This document shows positions 30,858 through 40,835 of a stretch of DNA of 64,000 nt, piece after piece (positions within the stretch are counted from its first letter, which is position 1; every line of letters starts with the position of its first letter). Under the pieces are notes generated by a model. That model worked only from the letters and a program-made list of their open reading frames with translations. It ran no database searches and was not told where the DNA came from. The translations under genes were made by a program, and so were the position numbers. This stretch comes from a virus. The stretch lies in IMG/VR virus record IMGVR_UViG_3300027782_000038. One strand, written 5' to 3'.

Positions 30858-31292
30858 ATGGAAAATTTGGAACAAATACTTAAACTGTGGGAAAAAGATG
30901 CTGATATTGACCAGACAGAACCTGGAAAAGCACTCTTAGAAATACCCAAACTACACAACAAATATCTCACTATTCTGACCAAACACAAGATGGCTTCAAA
31001 GAAAGCACATTTTGATTACCTTCGTTTACGTAAACTCAAATGGGAATACTATACAGGTAAAATGTCTAGAGAAGAATTGGCAGAACACGGATGGGATCCT
31101 TTTCAATTTACTTTGAAATCCGATGTGTCTACATATTTGGAAGCAGATAACGATCTAATTCGTTTATTGGAAAAGAAAATATATCATGAAGAATCTGTGT
31201 CTGTTGTTGAATCAATTATGAATGAATTGAAAAACCGTAATTGGGAGTTGAAATCATTCATTGATTGGGAAAGGTTTATAAGTGGACAATGA
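30858..31292 (+). CDS. uvsY: Recombination mediator UvsY
   Basis: IPKLHNKYL, WEYYTGK, YLEAD.D and IDW.RF..G motifs; upstream of uvsW. Confidence 0.9.
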   Translation: MENLEQILKLWEKDADIDQTEPGKALLEIPKLHNKYLTILTKHKMASKKAHFDYLRLRKLKWEYYTGKMSREELAEHGWDPFQFTLKSDVSTYLEADNDLIRLLEKKIYHEESVSVVESIMNELKNRNWELKSFIDWERFISGQ

Positions 31293-31336
31293 TGGTCAAA
31301 TAAGATTCTTTATAAATACTTCAAAAGGAGTGTTTA

Positions 31337-31759
31337 ATGAAAAACATATTTGAAGGACTTAAAGATATTATTAAATATGAGGATATAGATAAACAAGAAT
31401 TTGAATCTCAAAGAGAATTATTTGTATCTGAAGCGTTAAAAAGAAATTCTATATTTGTTGAATGTCCTCACTGCAAGGTTGTTGGTAATGAACCAAATAT
31501 GTTACGATGGCATTTTAATAATTGTGATACAGTTTTGAGATGTTGTGAACAATGTGGTAATACAATACCAAGACAAGGAATAAAACCATTTCTATATGAT
31601 GTTAAGAAGTATTGTAACAGAAAATGTTACATGGAGAGTAAAAAAGGTAAGCCACCTATTGTTATGACCCGTGAGGTTAAAGAAAAAATTAGCAAATCTT
31701 GGATTGGTAGAGATATTATCAATTATAAAAAACCAAAAAAGAAAAAAATAAATGAGTGA
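31337..31759 (+). CDS. Zinc-finger/NUMOD3 protein, homing-endonuclease-related (no clear nuclease domain)
   Basis: CPHC...M.RWHF.NC, CEQC, YCNRKC and MTREVKEKISKS motifs; own late promoter at 31311-31318. Confidence 0.55.
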   Translation: MKNIFEGLKDIIKYEDIDKQEFESQRELFVSEALKRNSIFVECPHCKVVGNEPNMLRWHFNNCDTVLRCCEQCGNTIPRQGIKPFLYDVKKYCNRKCYMESKKGKPPIVMTREVKEKISKSWIGRDIINYKKPKKKKINE

Positions 31760-33251
31760 TTTAATTATTTCTAAAGTAAATGAAGTATATGCAAAGATAA
31801 CTTGTGAGAAACATATATCAAAAGAATTACATGAGTATTTTTCTTTTATGATACCAGGATATCAATTTGTTCCCGCTTACAGAAATAAAATTTGGAATGG
31901 TAAAATATATCTTTATCATCTAAACACTTCACAAATCTATCTTGGTTTACTTCCATATGTGGAAGAATTCTGTCAATCTAGAGAATACACATATGAATAT
32001 ACCGATAACTTAGATATAGAAGATGAATTCTCCGTATATCATGCAAAAAAATTTATCGAATCTCTAAACTTACATTCCCGTGGTAGTTCTATTGAAGTGA
32101 GGGATTATCAGATTGAAGCTTTCTGTAATGCAATGCAGAAACGGAGAAGGTTATTATTATCACCTACTGCATCAGGTAAATCACTTATCATATATCTAAT
32201 ATTCAGACAGTTATTAGATTATCAAAATCTTAAAGGACTTATCATTGTTCCAACCACATCTCTGGTGGAACAACTATATTCAGACTTTAGTGACTATTCA
32301 TCTCACAATGGTTTTGATGTTGAAAACAGCGTACACAGAGTATATCAAGGAAAATCTAAAGAGTCAAGCAAAAATTTAATTATTTCTACTTGGCAGTCAT
32401 TGTATACTTTACCTAAAGAATATTTCCAACAGTTCGATTATGTAATTGGTGATGAAGCTCACCTATTCAAAGCACAATCTTTGACTTCAATACTAACATC
32501 TTGCACTAACACAAAGTACCGTGTAGGACTCACTGGAACGTTGGATGGCACCAAAACACACAAGCTTGTACTAGAAGGATTGTTTGGCACGGTTAAGACC
32601 GTTACAACAACCAGAGAATTGATTGATAATCAACAAGTTTCAGATTTTGAAATTAAGTGTTTGGTCTTAAAACATCCAGATGATAAATGTTTAGAACTTA
32701 AAGATAAGTCTTACCAAGATGAAATTCAGTATCTTATTGCAAATGAACAACGTAATAAATTCATTAAAAATCTTGCAGTTAGCTTAGGTACAAATACTTT
32801 GGTATTATATCAAATGGTTGACAAACATGGCAAAATACTGTATGATATGATAAGACAAACAACAAATATAGGTAATCGTAAAGTTTTCTTTGTCCATGGT
32901 GGAACTGAAACTGATGACCGTGAAGAAATTCGTAGAATTATGGAATTAGAAAATGATGCAATCGTTGTGGCTTCTTTCGGTACTTTTAGTACTGGTATTA
33001 ATATTCGTAACTTGCATAACATTATATTTGCATCACCAAGTAAAAGTCGTGTTAGAAACTTGCAATCAATTGGTCGTGGACTTAGACAATCTGAGGGAAA
33101 AACAAAAGCTACTTTGTACGACATTGCAGATGACCTCAGATATAAAAAACACATGAATTTTACGTTAAAACATTTCGTTGAACGGGTAAAGATATATACT
33201 GAGGAGAAGTTCCCATTCAAGATGTATAAAATAGGATTAAAAAATGGATAA
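31752..33251 (+). CDS. uvsW: SF2 DNA helicase UvsW
   Basis: SPTASGKS, DEAH, GLTGT, FSTGINI and LQSIGRGLR motifs. Confidence 0.96.
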   Translation: MSDLIISKVNEVYAKITCEKHISKELHEYFSFMIPGYQFVPAYRNKIWNGKIYLYHLNTSQIYLGLLPYVEEFCQSREYTYEYTDNLDIEDEFSVYHAKKFIESLNLHSRGSSIEVRDYQIEAFCNAMQKRRRLLLSPTASGKSLIIYLIFRQLLDYQNLKGLIIVPTTSLVEQLYSDFSDYSSHNGFDVENSVHRVYQGKSKESSKNLIISTWQSLYTLPKEYFQQFDYVIGDEAHLFKAQSLTSILTSCTNTKYRVGLTGTLDGTKTHKLVLEGLFGTVKTVTTTRELIDNQQVSDFEIKCLVLKHPDDKCLELKDKSYQDEIQYLIANEQRNKFIKNLAVSLGTNTLVLYQMVDKHGKILYDMIRQTTNIGNRKVFFVHGGTETDDREEIRRIMELENDAIVVASFGTFSTGINIRNLHNIIFASPSKSRVRNLQSIGRGLRQSEGKTKATLYDIADDLRYKKHMNFTLKHFVERVKIYTEEKFPFKMYKIGLKNG

Positions 33252-33618
33252 CATTAAAATAATCAGATTACAGAATGGTGATGATATTATTGGATCAGTT
33301 ATTTTTGAATACGATGAATATTATGTAAAAGAACCAATGTTAGTTGGTATAGAATATGTTGGTAACAAATCTAGTTTAATCATGAGACAATGGTTACCTT
33401 CACAATTAATTAATACAAATGAAATAAAAATAAAAGAAAGAGATGTACTTTTTGTAGTAGAACCTGCTGAAGATTTCTGTGAATACTATACACATACTGT
33501 GGAAAGACTAACTGAGTTGCTTGATTATAAAGAAAAAACAAAGAATATGGATGAAGATCAAATTAGTATTATTATGGATGCATATGAAGAAATGAATCAT
33601 GGAACTATTGTTCATTAG
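33244..33618 (+). CDS. Conserved T4-like hypothetical protein (Sm-like fold likely)
   Basis: KIIRL.NGDDIIG...V..P pattern; lies between uvsW and gp55. Confidence 0.55.
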   Translation: MDNIKIIRLQNGDDIIGSVIFEYDEYYVKEPMLVGIEYVGNKSSLIMRQWLPSQLINTNEIKIKERDVLFVVEPAEDFCEYYTHTVERLTELLDYKEKTKNMDEDQISIIMDAYEEMNHGTIVH

Positions 33619-33702
33619 CATATTCAATGGGGGACATAGAGAACTATACTCTTTGTCAAGCGTTAAGTCAAATTTTAAATAAAGGTATACCACAAAGATA
33701 TT

Positions 33703-34293
33703 ATGGAAAATAATGAAAGTACAATTGTAACAGAAGAACCTGTTGAAATATTACCGGTCAAAAAGAAACCAAAACAGTATGTTAATAATGCAGACTTTAT
33801 GGCTGCCTTGACACATTACAAAGAGTTGAGTGAACAGGCTAAAGAAAGTAAACTTCCTTCTCCTCCTATACCGAATTACATAGGAGAATGTTTTATGAAG
33901 ATTGCCGAAGGGTTATCACATAAACCAAACTTCATTAACTATTCTTACCGTGACGAAATGATTTCGGATGGTATTGAAAACTGTTTGATGTACTTTGACA
34001 ACTTTGATCCATCCAAATCTAGTAATCCATTTGCTTATTTTACCCAAATCATTTACTATGCTTTCCTCAGACGTATACAGAAAGAAAAGAAACAGACCTA
34101 TGTGAAATACAAAGCCACAGAGCAAATGGGTATTTTAGATGAGTTTGAGATGTTGGAAATGGAAGATGGTGGCATGAGACACTTTGAACTCTATGACAAT
34201 ATTGCCGAATTCATTGAAACCTATGAAGAGGCAAAGAAAAACAAAAAAGTGGTAAAGAAACCAAAAGGGCTTGAATCTTTTGTGGAAGAATGA
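33703..34293 (+). CDS. gp55: Late-transcription sigma factor gp55
   Basis: YVNN, YIGECF.KIAEGLS..PNF..Y.YR.EMISDGIEN and NPFAYFTQI...AFLRRI.KEK motifs. Confidence 0.96.
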   Translation: MENNESTIVTEEPVEILPVKKKPKQYVNNADFMAALTHYKELSEQAKESKLPSPPIPNYIGECFMKIAEGLSHKPNFINYSYRDEMISDGIENCLMYFDNFDPSKSSNPFAYFTQIIYYAFLRRIQKEKKQTYVKYKATEQMGILDEFEMLEMEDGGMRHFELYDNIAEFIETYEEAKKNKKVVKKPKGLESFVEE

Positions 34294-34319
34294 TACACTA
34301 TCATCTTTAGGAGTATATT

Positions 34320-34490
34320 ATGTATAAAGTGACTTACTTACCAGAACCATCTGTATCTCAAATTCTTGCGTTTGAAGAATTCGATTCTTATAGGTCTGCA
34401 ATGTATTTTGCAAACAAATTTCAGGTTGATGGTCTTGTCTTAGAAATCAAATATTATCCAAAAGAAAATAAGAAACTGGATCGCAACTGA
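34320..34490 (+). CDS. Small hypothetical protein (56 aa, not in the ORF track)
   Basis: AGGAG RBS; reads MYKVTYLPEP...LDRN; its stop overlaps the gp47 start (TGATG). Confidence 0.6.
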   Translation: MYKVTYLPEPSVSQILAFEEFDSYRSAMYFANKFQVDGLVLEIKYYPKENKKLDRN

Positions 34491-35572
34491 TGAAAGTAGC
34501 AATAATAACGGATCAACATTTTGGTGCTAGAAATGATTCACAACATTTTTTGGATTTTTATGAGAAGTTTTATAAAGAAACATTTTTTCCTAATATTGAG
34601 TCTCATGGCATTACTACCCTACTTATTTTGGGTGATACTTTTGACCGCAGGAAATACGTTAACTTCTATACATTAAAACGTGCCAAAGAAATGTTCTTTG
34701 ATAAACTAGCCGAACTCAATATTGAAGTTCATATGTTGGCTGGTAATCACGACACATATTTTAAAAATACCAATGACGTTAACTCGGTTGACTTATTATT
34801 GCGTGAGTATAATAACATTACAATCATTGATTCACCACAGACTATTCATTTAAACTATGAAGATGTAACCCATGATGTATGCATGATACCATGGATATGT
34901 ACTGAAAATTACGAACAGTCAATGTCTGAGTTAAAAAACACCAGTGCTACATTGTGTATGGGTCACTTAGAAATTGCTGGTTTTACTATGCATCGTGGAA
35001 TGAAATCGGAAGAAGGACTAGATCGTGGAATTTTTAAACGATTCGACATAGTTTTTAGTGGTCATTTTCACCATCGCTCAAGTGATGATAATATACACTA
35101 TCTTGGAAACCCTTACGAAATAACATGGCAGGATTATAACGACAGTCGGGGTTTTCACATCTTCGACTTGGACAGTCGTAACTTGGAGTTTGTTGCAAAT
35201 CCTAATGTAATGTTTCATCGTATTGTTTATGATGATAAGGAAGAATCAATAACGGAAATTAATAATAAAGAACTATCACAATATAAAAACTGCTACGTCA
35301 AAGTTGTCGTTGTTAACAAAACAAATCCTTATCTATTTGATAAGTTTATGAACAATCTTTATAATGTTAACCCAATTGATATTACCATTGCGGAAGACTT
35401 TACTGACTTGACAGAAGGTGTGGAAGATGATATGATAGATCAAGCAGAAGATACTATGACAATCATTTCGAAGTATATTGATGGTATCAAAGAAGAAAAC
35501 CTTGACAACAATAAACTGAAAACTATAATGCGTGAATTATACGTTGAATCATTGAATACAGAACAGGCATGA
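34490..35572 (+). CDS. gp47: Recombination endonuclease gp47 (Mre11/SbcD-like)
   Basis: TDQHFG, LGDTFD, GNHD, GHLE and SGHFH motifs. Confidence 0.96.
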   Translation: MKVAIITDQHFGARNDSQHFLDFYEKFYKETFFPNIESHGITTLLILGDTFDRRKYVNFYTLKRAKEMFFDKLAELNIEVHMLAGNHDTYFKNTNDVNSVDLLLREYNNITIIDSPQTIHLNYEDVTHDVCMIPWICTENYEQSMSELKNTSATLCMGHLEIAGFTMHRGMKSEEGLDRGIFKRFDIVFSGHFHHRSSDDNIHYLGNPYEITWQDYNDSRGFHIFDLDSRNLEFVANPNVMFHRIVYDDKEESITEINNKELSQYKNCYVKVVVVNKTNPYLFDKFMNNLYNVNPIDITIAEDFTDLTEGVEDDMIDQAEDTMTIISKYIDGIKEENLDNNKLKTIMRELYVESLNTEQA

Positions 35573-37284
35573 TAAAATTTGAGAAAGTAAGGTGGCGTAA
35601 TTTTTTAAGTACGGGTGCATCATTTACTGAAATTAGTTTTACAAAATCACCAAACACATTGATTGTTGGACATAATGGTGCCGGCAAGTCTACTATTTTG
35701 GATGCATTGTGTTTCGGTCTGTTTGGTAAACCATTTCGTAAGATAAACAAACCGCAATTATTGAACAGTATTAATCAACAGGCTGCTATAGTTGAGATTG
35801 AGTTCTCTATTGGTCAGAAACAATACAAAGTAATTCGTGGTATTAAACCAAACGTGTTTGAGATTTACTGTAATGGTATTATGATTAATCAAGATGCAAA
35901 AGTGATGGATTACCAAGAGCATCTAGAAAAGTTTATTCTCAAACTAAATTTCAAGTCTTTTACTCAAGTTGTTATTCTTGGTTCGGCATCATTTGTTCCG
36001 TTCATGCAGTTGTCTCCGTCTGATCGTAGAAACATCATTGAGGATTTACTAGACATACAAATCTTTTCGTCTATGAATAGCTTGGTGAAAGAAAAGTTTT
36101 CTGCTATTAAAGACCAGACACAAAAGAACAAGTATGCAATGGATTTAACTGCTGAAAAAATTAAGATGCAGAAAGAATCTATTGAAGAAAATAAGAAACA
36201 TAATGATACTGAAATTAAAAAGAAGAATTCTGAAATTACAGATAGTAATACTCAGATAAAAAAACTTATTGATGATATTGTTTTGATCCAAAAACATATA
36301 GAAGTTCTTGATAGTAAAATTTCTGATAGGTTATCTGTAGAGAAAAAAACTACAAAATTACTACAATTAGAATCTAAGCTTGAATCAAAATTAAAGAAGG
36401 TTGAAAAAGAAGAAAAGTTCTATGAAGAAAACGACAACTGCCCAACCTGCAAACAAGGTATCCTTGACGCCTTCAGACATGAACAGCTTAGTGGAATTAA
36501 TAAGACAAAAGGAGAAGTTGGAGTTGCAATTAAAGATATTGAAAAACAAATCCAAGAATCAAACGAAAGAACACAACAGATACAAAAAATAGTCAAACAT
36601 ATACAAGATCATAATAATGAAATTGTTAAGCATAATTCAACTATTACTGCGGTAAATACATATATTGGTAAGTTACAGAAAGAGATTATTACTTTATCTG
36701 AACGTAAAGATAATCTTGAAGATGAAAATGCCAAGTTGAAAGAATTGCGTGAAGAACTTGGTGCTTTGATTAAAGAACAGGAACATTTATCTGTTGATAA
36801 ACAGTATTACGAATTTGCCTCATCTTTGTTAAAAGATACCGGAATTAAAACCAAAATCATCAGACAGTATTTACCAATCATGAATAAACTGATTAATAAG
36901 TATCTGACTGCAATGGATTTCTTTGTGAACTTTAATATCAATGAATCATTTGAAGAAACAATTAAGAGTAGGCATCGTGATGAGTTTTCTTATGCTAATT
37001 TCTCCGAAGGAGAAAAGATGCGTATTGATTTGGCCTTACTTTTTACATGGCGACAAATAGCCAAGTTAAAGAATTCAACCAATACTAATTTATTGATTTT
37101 AGATGAAGTGTTTGATTCTAGTTTAGATGCAGTTGGTACGGAAGAATTTTTAAAGTTGATACATGAAATGGGTACAGATACAAACATCTTTGTTATCTCA
37201 CACAAGGGTGATTTATTGTTTGATAAGTTTAGATCAGTAATTAAATTTGAGAAGCATAATAATTTTAGTAGGATATCAAAATGA
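35569..37284 (+). CDS. gp46: Recombination ATPase gp46 (Rad50/SbcC-like)
   Basis: GHNGAGKST, CPTC zinc hook, FSEGEK and LILDEVFD motifs. Confidence 0.97.
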   Translation: MIKFEKVRWRNFLSTGASFTEISFTKSPNTLIVGHNGAGKSTILDALCFGLFGKPFRKINKPQLLNSINQQAAIVEIEFSIGQKQYKVIRGIKPNVFEIYCNGIMINQDAKVMDYQEHLEKFILKLNFKSFTQVVILGSASFVPFMQLSPSDRRNIIEDLLDIQIFSSMNSLVKEKFSAIKDQTQKNKYAMDLTAEKIKMQKESIEENKKHNDTEIKKKNSEITDSNTQIKKLIDDIVLIQKHIEVLDSKISDRLSVEKKTTKLLQLESKLESKLKKVEKEEKFYEENDNCPTCKQGILDAFRHEQLSGINKTKGEVGVAIKDIEKQIQESNERTQQIQKIVKHIQDHNNEIVKHNSTITAVNTYIGKLQKEIITLSERKDNLEDENAKLKELREELGALIKEQEHLSVDKQYYEFASSLLKDTGIKTKIIRQYLPIMNKLINKYLTAMDFFVNFNINESFEETIKSRHRDEFSYANFSEGEKMRIDLALLFTWRQIAKLKNSTNTNLLILDEVFDSSLDAVGTEEFLKLIHEMGTDTNIFVISHKGDLLFDKFRSVIKFEKHNNFSRISK

Positions 37285-37853
37285 GTGATGTGATTACCTT
37301 CAATACTGAAGATTTGGCCAAGCCAGTCACAGTAAAAACAGAACCAAAAGTATTCACCTTAGTTGGTGAAGATAACCCGATTTTAAAACAGGTGTTACCT
37401 GAATTTGATTTCAGTAATCCACCTGTTAATCCAAATGAGTTTGCATCAACATTAGTGGAAACTTGTAAATTACATCATGGTATTGGGTTATCTGCCAACC
37501 AATGTGGATTTCCATACCGTGTATTTGTGATGGGTGCTGGTGAAGAATATGTGGCATTTTACAATCCGAATCTGATTGACCAATCAGATAATGAGGTACA
37601 CATCATTGAAGGTTGCCTTTCTTTTCCGTTCTTAGGATTACGGATTACAAGGCCAGAAAGTGTTCAGGTAGAATACCAAGACTTCAATGGTGTTAAACGT
37701 GAGACTACTCTGTATGGCATATCTGCAAGATGTTTTCTGCATGAGCTTGACCATATGAACGGAATCGTGTATACTGAGAGAGTCAAACCCTTGGCATTAG
37801 AATTGGGTCTCAAGAAACGTAATAAATTGATGAAGAAGATTAGACTTAAATAA
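37281..37853 (+). CDS. def: Peptide deformylase
   Basis: GIGLSANQCG, EGCLS and HELDH motifs. Confidence 0.93.
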   Translation: MSDVITFNTEDLAKPVTVKTEPKVFTLVGEDNPILKQVLPEFDFSNPPVNPNEFASTLVETCKLHHGIGLSANQCGFPYRVFVMGAGEEYVAFYNPNLIDQSDNEVHIIEGCLSFPFLGLRITRPESVQVEYQDFNGVKRETTLYGISARCFLHELDHMNGIVYTERVKPLALELGLKKRNKLMKKIRLK

Positions 37854-39112
37854 TGGCTACACCACTTGAATTTGTAGAGAAACAATGGCAAGAATGGCAA
37901 GAGACTAATACCGAAACAGAACACGTTGATGTTGAGGTAATGAAAGAAAAACTTATTGCTGATCTAACTTATGCTTCTCAGATGGATGTTCGTGAATATA
38001 CTTTATACCAGAAATGGTGTGAAGTCAAAGAACGTTATCCTGTTCATACTATCAATACACTATTTGGAGAAGAACTTCAGATGGTTGATAGTGAACAAGA
38101 GAAACTCATTAAGGATGTTAAATCTAAATTCTGGATGCCTAAAGATCCAGATGATTATGCCAAATTAAAACCAATTATGGTTCTTTCTAATGGTGATCTT
38201 GCTGAAAGGTGGAATGCCGTTAGAACTTTTTCTTCTACAATGAAGAATAACTCTAATATCGGCCGTAACTTATTTTACACAGTTGTAGATGAAGTTACCG
38301 GCAAGTATCTAGGTGTTATCTGCATTTCTTCTGACTTCTTAGACCTTACACCTAGAGATAACGCAATAGGATGGTCTAGGGACGTTAAGACACAGCAACA
38401 TATGATCAATCATACAGCAATTGGTTCCACCATCGTTCCACTACAACCCTTAGGATTTAATTACATGGGTGGAAAACTATTGGCGCTGATGTGTTTATCT
38501 GATACAGTTCAGAAAGATTGGAAAAGACAATATGGAGATACGTTGGTAGCAGTTACAACTACATCTTTATATGGAAAGACTAAGACTGGAGGACTCTCTC
38601 AGTACGATGGACTTGAACATTGGAACGCTATGGGTTTCTCATCAGGTTCTGTAGCTTTTGAACCATCTAGACAAACTAAGAAATTAGTGTTTAATTGGAT
38701 CAAAGAGAATTATCCACGGAAGTATTTTGAGTGGTGGGAAGCCAAGAATACACAAGGTTTACCACTTAAGCGTGACCACAAAAACCGTTCATTGAATTTT
38801 GCATATGGTAAATTAGAAATACCAAAAAACTTAATTCGTACCGAACATCAACGTGGAATCTATTTTTCACCACTCTATAATAACACCAATGAATTTCTAA
38901 GGAAAGAAATTGGTGATGATCAACTGGTAAAGTCGTTTGATACCAGTGAAGAATCTTTGGCAAATATTTGGAAAACAAAATACGCTAAACCAAGAATTAG
39001 ACAGCTCAAAAAGAAAGATAAAGTATCCTATGAAACATTGTTTTACTCGGATTTAATATTTTTAAGTTGGGAGGAAACAAAATCCAAATACCTAGGACAG
39101 GTTGGTCGCTAA
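37853..39112 (+). CDS. DUF4338 / DruA-like protein, paralog 1
   Basis: GRNL...V.D...GKYLG.I.I.S, RD..IGW, VP.QP.GFNY.GGKLLA and TTSLYG...SQYDG motifs. Confidence 0.6.
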   Translation: MATPLEFVEKQWQEWQETNTETEHVDVEVMKEKLIADLTYASQMDVREYTLYQKWCEVKERYPVHTINTLFGEELQMVDSEQEKLIKDVKSKFWMPKDPDDYAKLKPIMVLSNGDLAERWNAVRTFSSTMKNNSNIGRNLFYTVVDEVTGKYLGVICISSDFLDLTPRDNAIGWSRDVKTQQHMINHTAIGSTIVPLQPLGFNYMGGKLLALMCLSDTVQKDWKRQYGDTLVAVTTTSLYGKTKTGGLSQYDGLEHWNAMGFSSGSVAFEPSRQTKKLVFNWIKENYPRKYFEWWEAKNTQGLPLKRDHKNRSLNFAYGKLEIPKNLIRTEHQRGIYFSPLYNNTNEFLRKEIGDDQLVKSFDTSEESLANIWKTKYAKPRIRQLKKKDKVSYETLFYSDLIFLSWEETKSKYLGQVGR

Positions 39113-39682
39113 TAATTTATTTAACTGCCATTTAGTTAAATTTAACTCTTTCATTGCTTGTCGTTTATGAGTATAAAAAATTCCGTTTATGGTAACCGGT
39201 ATTGCTTTAGGATGATTTTTACCTGATATTGATACTGATAAATTTTTCAAATGAGATTCAGAAAAAGGTTTTCTTTTTTTACCTATTTTTCCTTTTGAAA
39301 TATTTTCACACCAATTCACGGAGTGTTTTCTACCTTTAACCTTATTGGTTCTTTTTTGTATTTGTTCTTTACTATGTTTGAATCCTAAAATACCATCACC
39401 ACCTAAAGTCGAATTGTAACCTTCCGTAAAAGAATTAAATTGTTCTATGAAATAGGCTTCCATAATTTTAAGTGTGTGGTTTCCATCGACTGATTGATAC
39501 ATTAATTCCCAATCAAATTTATCCCAACCATATTTACAAATAGCGTTATAAAATTTGGACTTTGTTTTTTTATGTTGTGATTTGTGGTATCTTTTACGGT
39601 TTGGCCAGTTAGAATCAAAGCCAATATAAACTTTACCATTAATGGTATTTGTGGCTTTATATATTGAATATATACTTGACAT
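39092..39682 (-). CDS. GIY-YIG homing endonuclease (Seg-like, NUMOD3)
   Basis: SIYKATNTINGKVYIG, E..FI, GYNSTLGGDG and HS.E repeats. Confidence 0.9.
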   Translation of the reverse strand: MSSIYSIYKATNTINGKVYIGFDSNWPNRKRYHKSQHKKTKSKFYNAICKYGWDKFDWELMYQSVDGNHTLKIMEAYFIEQFNSFTEGYNSTLGGDGILGFKHSKEQIQKRTNKVKGRKHSVNWCENISKGKIGKKRKPFSESHLKNLSVSISGKNHPKAIPVTINGIFYTHKRQAMKELNLTKWQLNKLLATNLS

Positions 39683-39756
39683 TAGCTGTGTTTCCTGTTA
39701 AAATATGAACATAGAGTAGGTAGGAGCTCCAACTCCGTGACCTACACCTATTTATG
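39683..39756 (-). promoter_or_regulatory. Late promoter plus structured 5' leader of the GIY-YIG gene (copy 2)
   Basis: Minus strand reads CATAAATA GGTGTAGGTCACGGAGTTGGAGCTCCTACCTACTCTATGTTCATATTTTAACAGGAAACACAGCTA ATG; homologous to 13306-13373. Confidence 0.7.
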
Positions 39757-39795
39757 CCACAAGTTGGTAGATAATCAAGTATACCACAGATATGC

Positions 39796-39824
39796 TTGAC
39801 AAAAGACATACATAATGTTATGAT
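39796..39824 (+). promoter_or_regulatory. Sigma70-type promoter
   Basis: TTGACA-17-TATGAT with extended -10 TG. Confidence 0.65.
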
Positions 39825-39878
39825 ATGTTTACTCGTACTGAAACGAGTTTTAACTTTAATATGATAAGGAATTAAAAA

Positions 39879-40151
39879 ATGACTAAATTATCCGCAAAAG
39901 AAAAAATGTTGAACGCACTTCAGAAAACTGAAGGTTACAACACTTTCACCGTAGCACAAGCGCAACGCCGTTTTGGTATTCAAAATGTATCTGCTCGTAT
40001 TGATGAACTTCGTTCAGAAGGTCATTGCATCTACACTAACACTAAAACTTCACAAGATGGTCGCAAAGTAAGCTTCTATCGTTTGGGTAAACCATCCCGT
40101 GAGATGGTTAAAGCTGCGTCACAAATCGCACGCCACGCTTTCTACGCTTAA
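39879..40151 (+). CDS. Winged helix-turn-helix DNA-binding protein
   Basis: A...FGI....ARI.ELR..G..I.T......G..V..Y.L pattern; has its own promoter and terminator. Confidence 0.65.
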   Translation: MTKLSAKEKMLNALQKTEGYNTFTVAQAQRRFGIQNVSARIDELRSEGHCIYTNTKTSQDGRKVSFYRLGKPSREMVKAASQIARHAFYA

Positions 40152-40167
40152 TCTTTAGTGGTATTTG

Positions 40168-40195
40168 AGGGAGTCCTAGGACTCCCTTTTTGTTT
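40168..40195. terminator. Terminator between converging genes
   Basis: Perfect palindrome AGGGAGTCCTAGGACTCCCT followed by a T tract. Confidence 0.8.
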
Positions 40196-40782
40196 TATAA
40201 CCTACGACAGAAATATTTTTTACAATGTTTAGATTTACCGTTAACAACTTTCATCATATTACCCTGATCTAAATTATTTTCTATGCAAAATCTTCTAAGA
40301 TTTCTTATGTTAAAAGTATTACCGGCCGGATCTGTTATTTCCCATTCTTTGGATATTTTATCGCCATATCGTAACATACTTTCAAATAATTTATTTTTGG
40401 TTTCTTGACTTTTAATTTTACCTTTTTGTGCAATGGACATTTTATTTCGAGTTGTTTTGTTTCTAAAAACACCTTTAGTTCCTTCTCCACCATAAGTCAT
40501 GTTATAACCAAAACCAAATTTATAATGTGTATTATCTTGTCTTATAAAATATTCTTCATAATCTTTAATGTGATCTTCATATAATGATTGATAAACTATT
40601 TCTTTATTAAAATTATGCCAACCATATTTTCTTATAGCTCTATGTAAAATTGTATTGTAAGATGGTTGATTTTTATTATAAGATTCTGTATAATGTTGAT
40701 TAAACCTATTTTCGGCGTCATATGAATATCCAAAATAAGATTTATTGTTAATTGTGTTTGTTATTTTGTATATATAAAACAT
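40195..40782 (-). CDS. GIY-YIG homing endonuclease (NUMOD3 plus C-terminal HTH)
   Basis: YIYKITNTINNKSYFG, RF.QH, AIRKYG and GYNMTYGGEG motifs; minus-strand TATAAATA at 40818-40825. Confidence 0.9.
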   Translation of the reverse strand: MFYIYKITNTINNKSYFGYSYDAENRFNQHYTESYNKNQPSYNTILHRAIRKYGWHNFNKEIVYQSLYEDHIKDYEEYFIRQDNTHYKFGFGYNMTYGGEGTKGVFRNKTTRNKMSIAQKGKIKSQETKNKLFESMLRYGDKISKEWEITDPAGNTFNIRNLRRFCIENNLDQGNMMKVVNGKSKHCKKYFCRRL

Positions 40783-40835
40783 AATTGTTGAATTAATTTA
40801 GAGTAGTATTGATGTATTATTTATAAGGAATATTT

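Noticed and set aside
37853-39112. Complete Druantia defence system
   Set aside because: Only DruA-like motifs are present, with no DruE helicase or other Dru genes adjacent, and the context is the phage replication module.
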